Source of the DNA: Dongiaceae bacterium
GTDB taxonomy: Bacteria > Verrucomicrobiota > Verrucomicrobiia > Limisphaerales > JAFMIX01
Direction of reading: 5' to 3'
Assembly: GCA_035492855.1 (NCBI GenBank)
Contig: DATJIU010000125.1
Span: forward strand, 4,025 to 68,024
DNA: 64,000 nucleotides
Shown here: positions 48,366-56,808 of the stretch, in pieces
Numbering within the stretch: position 1 is the first letter of the stretch
Layout: the number at the start of each line of letters is the position of its first letter
The notes under the pieces: generated by a model
What the model was told of the DNA's origin: nothing
The model's input: only the letters and a program-made list of their open reading frames with translations
The model's database searches: none
Program-made: the position numbers and the translations under genes

Positions 48366-49002
48366 ATCCATTACTTTCGCCATTGTGGACGATGACGCCG
48401 GCTTGCGGGACAGCATCGTCCGGTATCTCACAGTCAAAGGCGGGTTCGTTTGTGTCGGCCAGTACGGCAGCGCGCAGGAGGCGCTGGTCGGCCTGCCGGA
48501 CGCCCGGTCTACCGTGGTGCTCATGGACATTAAAATGAAAGGCATGGATGGCATTGAGTGCGTTCGCCGGCTCAAGGAGACCATGCCGGACGTGCTCGTC
48601 ATCATGCTCACCGTGTTTGAAGACGAGGATCTCATTTTTGACGCGCTGATGGCCGGCGCCATGGGCTATTTGCTCAAGCGCCAACCGCCCGGGCAACTGC
48701 TCGACGCCATTCATGAATTGCTGGATGGCGGTTCGCCGATGTCGGCCACCATTGCACGCAAAGTGGTGAAGCTGCTGCAACGCTCCGGCGATCCCGGCAA
48801 GCCCAGCAGTGGCACCCGCATGTTGTTGTCCGACCGCCAGCGGGAAATGCTCGATTTGCTGGCCGCCGGGGAGCCGTACAAAGCCATCGCGGACAAAATG
48901 GGACTGAGCATCCACACCGTCCGGGGGTATATCCGGCGCATCTATGAAAAACTCCAGGTGCACACTCGCACGGAGGCGGTGGCCAAGTACCTGCAGCGGT
49001 GA
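48355..49002 (+). CDS. NarL/LuxR-family response regulator
   Basis: The track ORF is 48076..49002. The ATG at 48355 overlaps the kinase stop by 11 nt. The receiver domain has ITFAIVDDDAGLRDSI, VVLMDIKMKGMDGIE and VIMLTVFEDEDLIFDALMAGAMGYLLK. The LuxR HTH is LSDRQREMLDLLAAGEPYKAIADKMGLSIHTVRGYIRRIYEKLQVHTRTEAV. Confidence 0.9.
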   Translation: MPNKSITFAIVDDDAGLRDSIVRYLTVKGGFVCVGQYGSAQEALVGLPDARSTVVLMDIKMKGMDGIECVRRLKETMPDVLVIMLTVFEDEDLIFDALMAGAMGYLLKRQPPGQLLDAIHELLDGGSPMSATIARKVVKLLQRSGDPGKPSSGTRMLLSDRQREMLDLLAAGEPYKAIADKMGLSIHTVRGYIRRIYEKLQVHTRTEAVAKYLQR

Positions 49003-49024
49003 GCTTTTACCTGGTCGCCCGGCA

Positions 49025-49048
49025 ATGAGGCCATTCTATGCTCCATGA
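49025..49048 (+). promoter_or_regulatory. conserved leader mini-ORF/box, copy 3 (ATG AGG CCA TTC TAT GCT CCA TGA c; M-R-P-F-Y-A-P-stop)
   Basis: It lies 80 nt upstream of the ATG at 49128. It is enclosed by a perfect 9-bp inverted repeat, cccggcaat (49018-49026) and attgccggg (49052-49060), which would pair the first two bases (AT) of the mini-ORF start codon. Confidence 0.6.
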
Positions 49049-49127
49049 CAAATTGCCGGGACTGCGGATATTCTAAATGCTTGCCTCCCTGCCAGTGAGA
49101 CAAGGTTGGAATGTGCAATTTGTAGCA

Positions 49128-52100
49128 ATGCGTTTTTTGATGGCGTTTGGATCACCGAATTTATTTCACTCCGTTGAAAATCGGCCGCAGTCACCCGGGG
49201 CGCGGCCTTTATTCTGCTGGACCCTTTGCCTGACTGTTGGAATTTTGCTGGCGGCCTGCGGGGTCCGGGCCGATTCCTACTGGCAGGGTGGCACCGGCGA
49301 TTTCAATGTTGCCGCTTCCTGGATTCCTTCTGGCGTGCCCGGCGGGGTCAATGCCATCAATGACAGTGGCTCGAACAATGTGGTGCTCATTCATTCGGGT
49401 GACCCGGCCTGGAGTCCGTGGGACATTCGGGCAGGCGATGGCAGCGGCACTTCCGGTTCATACTTGCAAACCGGCGATACGGTTACGGTGAACGGTTGGT
49501 TTCGCCTGGGTGACAGCGCCAGTGCCACCGGCTATTACACCCTGAGCAACGGCGTGGTGAACGTGGCATTGCAGGCACACGTGGGCGAAGCAGGTGTCGG
49601 CGTGCTGAATATCAATGGTGGCACGTTCAATGTGGGGCAAACTCCGTTTTGTCTCGGCGATGGCGATTTTGGCGCTGGTGGCAGCGGTACGGTGTTTGTG
49701 AATGGCGGCGCACTCAACACTCCCGTGGGAGTGGATGTCTGGATCGGTGAAGGCCATAACGGCGGGGCAGGCGGCAATGGCAGGATGGTTGTCACCAGTG
49801 GCACGGTGAGCATCGGCGGTTGGCTGGCGGTGGGACGTTTTGGCGGCAACGGTGACCTGGAAATCTCCGGCGGCAGCCTCACCCTGCTTCCCGGCAATAC
49901 TGGTAATCTCACCCTGGCTACGACGCCGAGCGTCGGAGTGGTGAAACAAAGCGGCGGGGCATTGACCAACACCGCCTCACAAACCTGGGTGGCCGAAAGC
50001 GCCACGGGGTCCTGGACTTTGAGCGGCGGCGTCGATGTGCTGGGCGATGTGTTGCTGACCCGCCTAGCCGGAGCCACCGGCACGTTCAACCTGAACGGCG
50101 GCGACTTGTATGTTTCGCAGATCGCAGATCCGGGCGGCAATGGTACATTTAATTTTAATGGCGGCCGACTTCATGCCCGTGCCGCCACGGACGATTTCTT
50201 ACAGGCCCATCACGGCATCAATGTGCAGGGCGGTGGCGCCATAATTGATTCCGCCGGGTACGACCTCACCATCACGGGAGCCATGGCCAATGGCGGTGGC
50301 GGGTTGACCAAGCTGGGGGCGGGCACACTGACGTTGTCCGGCAATCTCGCTTATTCCGGCGGCACTATCGTGAGCAATGGTACGCTGACAATTTCCGCGC
50401 CCAACGCCTTTGCCTCGTCCGGTTGCCTCGTTTCCGGTGGCACGGCCTTTGGCGTAAAACTCGCCTCGGCCAACGCCCAATTATTTGTTCCCGTGTTGAA
50501 TCTAGCCGCCACCGGCACGGGCTTGAACTTCGATTATGCCGGCGCCGGGGGTCAGTCTCTGGCGCCGCTTCGGGTCAGCTCGTTGACCGTCAGCGGTCCG
50601 GTCAGGGTTAATGTGGCGGGTTACAATTTTTCGCCCGGCCAATTTCCGCTGCTGCAATATGTCACGCGCACCGGCGGCGGCAGCTTTACCCTCGGCACTG
50701 TGCCGGCCGGAATGACGGCGCAACTGGTGACCAACGCAGCGAACAAATCCATTGATCTGCTCGTCACCACTGCCGCAACCGGAGGCATGCCATGGGAGTC
50801 CAAGCAGGCTCCGTTGATGACCGACTGGGCCCAAGAGGTGAACCACACCAGCACACTGCCCGAATATCCGCGCCCGCAAATGGTGCGTTCCAATTGGCTG
50901 AATTTGAACGGAGTCTGGCAGTTTCAGCCCGGGGCCACGAACGACGCCGTGCCGGCCGGGCAGAATCTGGTGGGGGTTATTCTGGTGCCATTTCCGATGG
51001 AGTCGGCGCTCTCCGGCGTCATGCAGTACCATCCGTTCTCGTGGTATCGCCGGCAGTTCACCGTACCGCCGGGTTGGACGGGGCAGCGCATTCTGTTGCA
51101 CTTTGATGCGGTCACCTGGCGGTCGCAAATCTACATTAACGGGCAGAGCGTCGGCGCGCATACTGGCGGATACAACCCCTTCAACTTTGACATCACGCCG
51201 TATCTCAACGGCGGCACCAATGAACTGCTCGTGCAGGTGTATAGTCCGCAGGACAGCGGCGGCCAGCCGCGCGGCAAGCAGACGCTGTACCCGGGCGGCA
51301 TCATGTTTACCTCGGCCTCCGGCATCTGGCAGCCGGTGTGGTTGGAGCCGGTGCCCGCCACCCGCATCAGCAACCTGCATCTCACGCCAGACATTGATAA
51401 CCACCGGCTGCTCGTGAACGTGGCCATCACGGGGCCCAGCGCCGGTTTGCAGGTACGGGGCGTGGCATTGGATGGCACCAATGTGCTGGCCACCACCACC
51501 GTGCTGCCCGGCAACAACCTCTATCTCAACATTCCGGCACCGCAACTGTGGTCGCCCACCAATCCCTATCTCTACAATTTGCAAATTTCCCTAACGAGCA
51601 ACTCGGTGCCGGTGGACAATGTGGGCAGTTATTTTGGCATGCGCAAAATCAGCCTCGGGGTCACCAACGGCTTCACCAAATTGTTTTTGAACAACCAATT
51701 TCAATTCGAATTTGGTCCATTGGATCAGGGATTCTGGCCGGATGGCGTTTATACCGCGCCCACCGACCGCGCCCTGCGGAGCGATTTGGAAATGGAAAAA
51801 GCGCTCGGTTTCAACATGGTGCGCAAGCACATCAAGGTGGAGCCGCAACGTTGGTATTATTGGGCCGATCACGTGGGGATTTTGGTCTGGCAGGACATGC
51901 CCAGTTGCAATTCCTACACGGCCAACCCCGCGCCGCCGCCGGTGGATCCTGCGGATTATGTTGGTGAACTCTCCGCCATGGTCACGAATCATTGGAACAG
52001 CCCGGCCATCATTTCCTGGGTGGTGTTCAATGAGGGGCAGGGACAGAGCGGTACTGGCAATGGGGTGGGCCAGACCAACACCGCGTACTTGGTTTCCCTG

Positions 52101-53039
52101 GTCAAGAGTTTGGATCCCACCCGTCTCGCCAATGAGGCCAGCGGCTGGAATCATGTGGGGGCGGGCGACGTGCTGGATTACCATAATTATCCCGACCCGG
52201 TCGCACCGGTGAGTGCAAATCAAGCGGTGGCCTGCGGGGAATTTGGCGGCGTGTGGCAGGGCATCACTGGCCACACCTGGACACCGGGCACGGGCGAAGT
52301 TAGTCCGGCACAGGCATCCGGTTCCGTGGCCGGCCAATTTGAAGCCCTGGCCAATGAACTCCCGGATTTGATTCAAAATCATGGCCTGAGCGCGGCGGTT
52401 TACACGGAAATCAGCGATGTGGAAATCGAACTCGCCGGCTTGCGCACGTATGACCGCCGGGTCCTCAAGCCCGACTTGCTCCGGATGCAAAAGGCGATCA
52501 CGGCATTGACCGGCGGGCCATTGCCCACCAACCGGCCGCCGGTGATTTTGCCGGTCCCGAGTGCTTTTATCACTGCCGGCCAGACTTTGCAGCTGACCAA
52601 CCGCGCCACCGATAGTGATTTGCCCGCGCAAACATTGACGTGGAGCTTGGGCACACATCCCGCTGGAGCCGCTTTGGACGCCACCACCGGGGTGCTCACC
52701 TGGCGTGCCACCATTGCGCAGTCGCCTTCCACCAATTCTTTTCAGGTGACGGTTACGGATGACGGCATTCCGGTCCGGAACGCCACCCAAAGTTTTTTTG
52801 TCATCGTCCGGCAGCCAGCGGCGCCGGAGTTATCCGCGCCAATCTGGACGGCGGGACAATTTGAAATGTCCGTCGGTGGCGACGCCGGGCCGGATTATTC
52901 CATTTACACCACCACGAATCTGACCGGGCCGTGGCAGTTGCTGTTGAGCACCAACCCGGCGGTATTGCCGTTTCAATTCATGGATCCGGACTCGGGTGAA
53001 TTCTCCCAACGCTTTTATCGGGTGGTGTTGGGTCCGTGA
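49128..53039 (+). CDS. giant secreted protein: autotransporter-associated beta-strand repeats + GH2-family glycosidase + cadherin-like module
   Basis: The track ORF is 49077..53039, and the ATG at 49128 is a plausible start. The N-terminal roughly 480 aa have repeats of the type GGTLTLSGN..YSGGT.V..GTL. The GH2 blocks are ILLHFDAVTWRSQIYINGQSVGAHTGGYNPFNFDIT, GIWQPVWLE, NMVRKHIKVEP and IISWVVFNEGQGQ. A cadherin-like module (ATDSDLPAQTLTWSL) follows. The tail is RFYRVVLGP. Confidence 0.8.
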   Translation: MRFLMAFGSPNLFHSVENRPQSPGARPLFCWTLCLTVGILLAACGVRADSYWQGGTGDFNVAASWIPSGVPGGVNAINDSGSNNVVLIHSGDPAWSPWDIRAGDGSGTSGSYLQTGDTVTVNGWFRLGDSASATGYYTLSNGVVNVALQAHVGEAGVGVLNINGGTFNVGQTPFCLGDGDFGAGGSGTVFVNGGALNTPVGVDVWIGEGHNGGAGGNGRMVVTSGTVSIGGWLAVGRFGGNGDLEISGGSLTLLPGNTGNLTLATTPSVGVVKQSGGALTNTASQTWVAESATGSWTLSGGVDVLGDVLLTRLAGATGTFNLNGGDLYVSQIADPGGNGTFNFNGGRLHARAATDDFLQAHHGINVQGGGAIIDSAGYDLTITGAMANGGGGLTKLGAGTLTLSGNLAYSGGTIVSNGTLTISAPNAFASSGCLVSGGTAFGVKLASANAQLFVPVLNLAATGTGLNFDYAGAGGQSLAPLRVSSLTVSGPVRVNVAGYNFSPGQFPLLQYVTRTGGGSFTLGTVPAGMTAQLVTNAANKSIDLLVTTAATGGMPWESKQAPLMTDWAQEVNHTSTLPEYPRPQMVRSNWLNLNGVWQFQPGATNDAVPAGQNLVGVILVPFPMESALSGVMQYHPFSWYRRQFTVPPGWTGQRILLHFDAVTWRSQIYINGQSVGAHTGGYNPFNFDITPYLNGGTNELLVQVYSPQDSGGQPRGKQTLYPGGIMFTSASGIWQPVWLEPVPATRISNLHLTPDIDNHRLLVNVAITGPSAGLQVRGVALDGTNVLATTTVLPGNNLYLNIPAPQLWSPTNPYLYNLQISLTSNSVPVDNVGSYFGMRKISLGVTNGFTKLFLNNQFQFEFGPLDQGFWPDGVYTAPTDRALRSDLEMEKALGFNMVRKHIKVEPQRWYYWADHVGILVWQDMPSCNSYTANPAPPPVDPADYVGELSAMVTNHWNSPAIISWVVFNEGQGQSGTGNGVGQTNTAYLVSLVKSLDPTRLANEASGWNHVGAGDVLDYHNYPDPVAPVSANQAVACGEFGGVWQGITGHTWTPGTGEVSPAQASGSVAGQFEALANELPDLIQNHGLSAAVYTEISDVEIELAGLRTYDRRVLKPDLLRMQKAITALTGGPLPTNRPPVILPVPSAFITAGQTLQLTNRATDSDLPAQTLTWSLGTHPAGAALDATTGVLTWRATIAQSPSTNSFQVTVTDDGIPVRNATQSFFVIVRQPAAPELSAPIWTAGQFEMSVGGDAGPDYSIYTTTNLTGPWQLLLSTNPAVLPFQFMDPDSGEFSQRFYRVVLGP

Positions 53040-53071
53040 ATAATATCGGAGTCCAACCTGTCAGGAGAAAA

Positions 53072-54085
53072 ATGAACAAAAACTGTACGCTGTTGTTGAT
53101 GCTGACCGCCGCCATTGCGGGCCTGTTTTTCACCCCGGCGCCCGCCGCCGAACCGCCGGCCGGTTTTTTTCAAAATCCCATCAACCCCGGCCCGGATCCC
53201 TGGATGGTTTATTACCAGGGCAACTACTATCTCTCCACCACGCAGGGCAGTGCCATCCGCCTCTGGAAGTCGCCCACGCTGTCCGGCCTGAAAACCGTCG
53301 CGCCGGTCACCGTATGGAGCGATACCAACGCCACGCGTTCCGCTTTGGTCTGGGCGCCGGAACTCCATTTTTTCAATGACCGCTGGTATCTCTATTATAC
53401 CGCCACCTCCAGTGACAAAGTGGATGCCAATCACCGTACGTTTGTGCTGGAGAGCGCCGGCATGGATCCACTAGGGCCCTATGAATTCAAGGCGCGCCTG
53501 TTCAATCCCACCAACGACCAATACGCGATTGACCCCACCGTGTTCAAGAATCAGGCCGACGGTGCGCTCTATTTTCTTTGGGCCGCCCGGCCTGGCCACG
53601 TCTTGTATATTGCGCGCCTGACGAATCCCTGGACCGTTGCAGGCAACGGGGTCTATCTTCCCGCGGATGGTTTCGGCTGCACGGAAGTCCGGGAGGGGCC
53701 GGAAATTCTCCAACATAACGGAAAGATTTTTCTCATTTACTCTGCCTGCGACACCGGCAAGCCGGACTACAAACTGGGCATGCTGATGGCTGACGCCAAG
53801 GCTGACCTGCTCGATCCCCATTCGTGGAAGCAATATCCGCAACCGGTCTTTGAACGTAATGACGCCAATGGGGTGTATGGTCCGGGACACAACGGGTTTT
53901 TCCATTCTCCCGATGGCAAGGAAGACTGGATCGTTTACCACGGCAAAACCACCTCCGCTTACACCTACGCCGGCCGTACCACCCGTGCGCAGAAATTCAC
54001 TTGGAATCCTGACGGCATGCCCAATTTCGGCGTGCCGCTGCCGCTTGACACCGTGCTGGCAGAACCGTCCGGCACCGGCAAATGA
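53072..54085 (+). CDS. glycoside hydrolase family 43 protein
   Basis: The track ORF is 53036..54085. The ATG at 53072 is preceded by aggag and gives the signal peptide MNKNCTLLLMLTAAIAGLFF. The GH43 pattern is NPGPDPWMVYYQGNYYL, VWAPELHFFNDRWYLYYTA, YAIDPTVF and EVREGPEIL. Confidence 0.85.
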   Translation: MNKNCTLLLMLTAAIAGLFFTPAPAAEPPAGFFQNPINPGPDPWMVYYQGNYYLSTTQGSAIRLWKSPTLSGLKTVAPVTVWSDTNATRSALVWAPELHFFNDRWYLYYTATSSDKVDANHRTFVLESAGMDPLGPYEFKARLFNPTNDQYAIDPTVFKNQADGALYFLWAARPGHVLYIARLTNPWTVAGNGVYLPADGFGCTEVREGPEILQHNGKIFLIYSACDTGKPDYKLGMLMADAKADLLDPHSWKQYPQPVFERNDANGVYGPGHNGFFHSPDGKEDWIVYHGKTTSAYTYAGRTTRAQKFTWNPDGMPNFGVPLPLDTVLAEPSGTGK

Positions 54086-54128
54086 ACCGGCAACACCTCC
54101 CTCGACTCCACACTATAAATTTGCGACC

Positions 54129-55154
54129 ATGAAAAAAATACTGGGCATTGTCTCGGGCATACTCACCGGCATTTTGATGATGGCTTCGGCCCGCGCCCAG
54201 ATGCCCGATCCTCCGGGACAGGTGGCACCCGGCGAGACGCCCAAATACGAGGCCTATCTTTTCGCCCACATGATGGAGGGCGATTATGGCCGGCTTTATT
54301 ATAGCGTCAGCCTGGATGGCTTGCACTGGCAAAGCCTCAATGGCGGGAAGCGGGTTTTTAACGAATACCACGGCCACTCCAGCATCTGCAAAGGTCCCGA
54401 TGGCCGGTACTATCTGGTGGGCAATCGCGGCGATGACGCCCCGGACATCAATTTCTGGGTGTCGGATGATTTGATCACCTGGAAAAAATTCAGCGACTTC
54501 ACCCCGGATATCAAACATGTGCCGGATTATCCCAAGGCCCTCGCCCGCATTGGCGCGCCCAAGCTGTACTACGACCAGGCCAGTCAGCAATTTCTTCTCA
54601 CGTGGCACACCCCGCATGATCTCGGCAAGACCGACCTGCCAGAACCCTACTGGGCCAGCCAGCGCACCCTGTACGTCACCTCCAAGGATTTGCAAACCTT
54701 CACGCAACCGCCCCACAAATTCTTCCGCTGGGACCTGGCCACCATTGATGTGATGGTGCAGAAAGAGAACGGCGAGTATTACGCCATCGTCAAGGATGAG
54801 CGGTATCCCACGCTCGACTGGCCGACCGGCAAGACCATCCGCATTTGCAAGGCGGGCAAGTTACTGGGACGCTATTCCAAACCGGGGCCGCCAATCAGTC
54901 CCAATTTTCGCGAGGCGCCCACGGTCATTCCTTCGCCCAACGGCAAGGTTTGGTATCTATATTACGAACAATATCCCGGTGTGGCTTATGGGCTTTCCGT
55001 AGCGGCCAAACTGGACGGCCCGTGGTATCAGGTGGCCGGCAATCAGCGCCCGGAATGGGATAAATATTACGTCACGCCCCACGCGCGGCACGGCTGCATG
55101 CTGCCCATCTCCCGCGCACAATATGATGCTTTGGTAACCGCTTTTGGCAAATGA
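54129..55154 (+). CDS. secreted five-bladed-propeller-like glycoside hydrolase family protein (GH43/GH117-like, uncertain)
   Basis: The track ORF is 53850..55154. The ATG at 54129 gives the signal peptide MKKILGIVSGILTGILMMASARAQ. Propeller-like strands are seen (YLFAHMM, LYYSVSLDGLHW, GAPKLYYD, FREAPTV). The family assignment is tentative. Confidence 0.5.
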   Translation: MKKILGIVSGILTGILMMASARAQMPDPPGQVAPGETPKYEAYLFAHMMEGDYGRLYYSVSLDGLHWQSLNGGKRVFNEYHGHSSICKGPDGRYYLVGNRGDDAPDINFWVSDDLITWKKFSDFTPDIKHVPDYPKALARIGAPKLYYDQASQQFLLTWHTPHDLGKTDLPEPYWASQRTLYVTSKDLQTFTQPPHKFFRWDLATIDVMVQKENGEYYAIVKDERYPTLDWPTGKTIRICKAGKLLGRYSKPGPPISPNFREAPTVIPSPNGKVWYLYYEQYPGVAYGLSVAAKLDGPWYQVAGNQRPEWDKYYVTPHARHGCMLPISRAQYDALVTAFGK

Positions 55155-55177
55155 CTCGCCACCTGACTGGAAAGGCA

Positions 55178-55201
55178 ATGAGGCCATTTTATGTCCCATG
55201 A
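55178..55201 (+). promoter_or_regulatory. conserved leader mini-ORF/box, copy 4 (ATG AGG CCA TTT TAT GTC CCA TGA c; M-R-P-F-Y-V-P-stop)
   Basis: It lies 191 nt upstream of the GH-A gene start at 55392. It is flanked by gactgg ... ccggtc, a 6-bp stem with one G-U pair. Confidence 0.6.
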
Positions 55202-55391
55202 CGTCCGGTCGGAAATTTTCAATACTGGGGCCAATGCATTCCCTGCTTTGAAAGTGTGCCGGAAGCGAACCTTTATGGGAAGGTGGCCGGTTGCGCCCGG
55301 AGCGGGTGGCCGCTAAAACGTGGGTGCCGACAAATTTATTTTTCTTTCGCACTGCCGCATAACCGGCGTATCACAAATCCTGTAATTATTT

Positions 55392-56594
55392 ATGAAGCGT
55401 TCTCTTGGCATCCTTTCCGCCGGTCTTTTGCTTTGTGGCCAGATTGTCGCGGCTGAGCCCGCCGCCGCTCCGGCTCGTTGGTCCGTGGAAAGGGCGAATG
55501 CCTGGTATGCCGCCCAGCCCTGGCTGGTGGGCGCCAACTTTGTGCCCAGCACGGCCATCAACCAGCTCGAAATGTGGCAAGCTGACACTTTTGACCCCGC
55601 CACCATTGACCGCGAACTCGGTTACGCCCAGAGCATCGGCATGAACACCATGCGCGTGTTTTTGCACGACATTCCTTGGCGCGAGGATGCCGCTGGTTAT
55701 TTCCAACGGATTGACCAGTTCCTCACCATCTGTGACCGCCACCAGATCCGGCCGTTGTTTGTCATATTCGATGGGGTGTGGAATCCCTATCCCAAGCCGG
55801 GACCGCAACCGGCTCCCGTGCCCGGCCTGCACAACTCCGGTTGGATGCAGTCGCCCGGACGGGAAATCCTGGCTGACCCCGCCAAGCAGGAAGCGCTGAA
55901 ACCTTACGTGGTAGCGCTGCTTACCCGTTATAAAAATGATCCGCGCGTGTTGGCGTGGGATTTGTTCAACGAACCCGACAACCCCAACCGCCAGGCATAT
56001 GGTCGCGACGGCGCCAATACCGAATTGCCCGAGCCCGAAAAAGAAAAGGTTGCCACGGAACTGCTGCGCAAGACCTTTGCCTGGGCGCGCGAAGTCGGTC
56101 CGTCCCAGCCGGTCACTGCCGGGGTATGGCTGGGCGATTACCTCGACCATCCCACGGAATTGCAGGCGCTCTGCCTGAATGAGTCGGATGTCATTTCCTA
56201 TCACAATTACGACGCGCCCGAAGAAATGCGCAGACGCATCGTCGGCCTGGAAAAATTGGGCCGGCCGGTCATTTGCACCGAGTACATGGCGCGCGGCAAT
56301 AACTCCACCTTTGCCGGTATCTTGCCCATCCTCAAGGCTCATCATGTGGGCGCGTATAATTGGGGCCTCGTGGACGGCAAATCGCAGACCATCTACCCGT
56401 GGGATTCCTGGCAGAAACATTACACCAATGAACCGGCCGTGTGGTTTCACGATGTCTTCCGTCCCGACGGCCGGCCTTTCTCCATTGCGGAGGTGACTTT
56501 GATCCGCCAGTTGACGGGGCGCGGCGATGCCACACCCAAGTTGTCCACTGCGGCCAGCCCCGCTACTGCCGCGGCTCCGGCCACTCCCAATTAA
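55392..56594 (+). CDS. clan GH-A (GH5-like) TIM-barrel glycoside hydrolase
   Basis: A 400-aa ORF with a signal peptide. It has WLVGANFVPSTAINQLEMW. The acid/base NEP motif appears in AWDLFNEPDNP and the nucleophile context in PVICTEYMARG. Confidence 0.65.
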   Translation: MKRSLGILSAGLLLCGQIVAAEPAAAPARWSVERANAWYAAQPWLVGANFVPSTAINQLEMWQADTFDPATIDRELGYAQSIGMNTMRVFLHDIPWREDAAGYFQRIDQFLTICDRHQIRPLFVIFDGVWNPYPKPGPQPAPVPGLHNSGWMQSPGREILADPAKQEALKPYVVALLTRYKNDPRVLAWDLFNEPDNPNRQAYGRDGANTELPEPEKEKVATELLRKTFAWAREVGPSQPVTAGVWLGDYLDHPTELQALCLNESDVISYHNYDAPEEMRRRIVGLEKLGRPVICTEYMARGNNSTFAGILPILKAHHVGAYNWGLVDGKSQTIYPWDSWQKHYTNEPAVWFHDVFRPDGRPFSIAEVTLIRQLTGRGDATPKLSTAASPATAAAPATPN

Positions 56595-56808
56595 TTTTGG
56601 GGAGATTGGTCAGAGGCGCTGCCCCCTTCGCTCCACCGATCCGGCGTCTCTCACGCCATTTCAACCGTGCCCTGAACCGGGCAAACCACGCGTGCCCGCT
56701 GGCCCGGATTTTGCGGGTCACGAGCATTCCAGTTGTCATGCCGAGAAATGGGGTTACCATCGAAGTCATTGGCAACCCCGACCGAGGCCCATTTGCGCTG
56801 GACCGTTG

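Noticed and set aside
56771-56794. Possible degenerate fifth copy of the leader box upstream of the second kinase (ggcaaccccgaccgaggcccattt).
   Set aside because: Only the short words ggcaa, gaggcc and attt match. There is no mini-ORF and no CCATGAC end.
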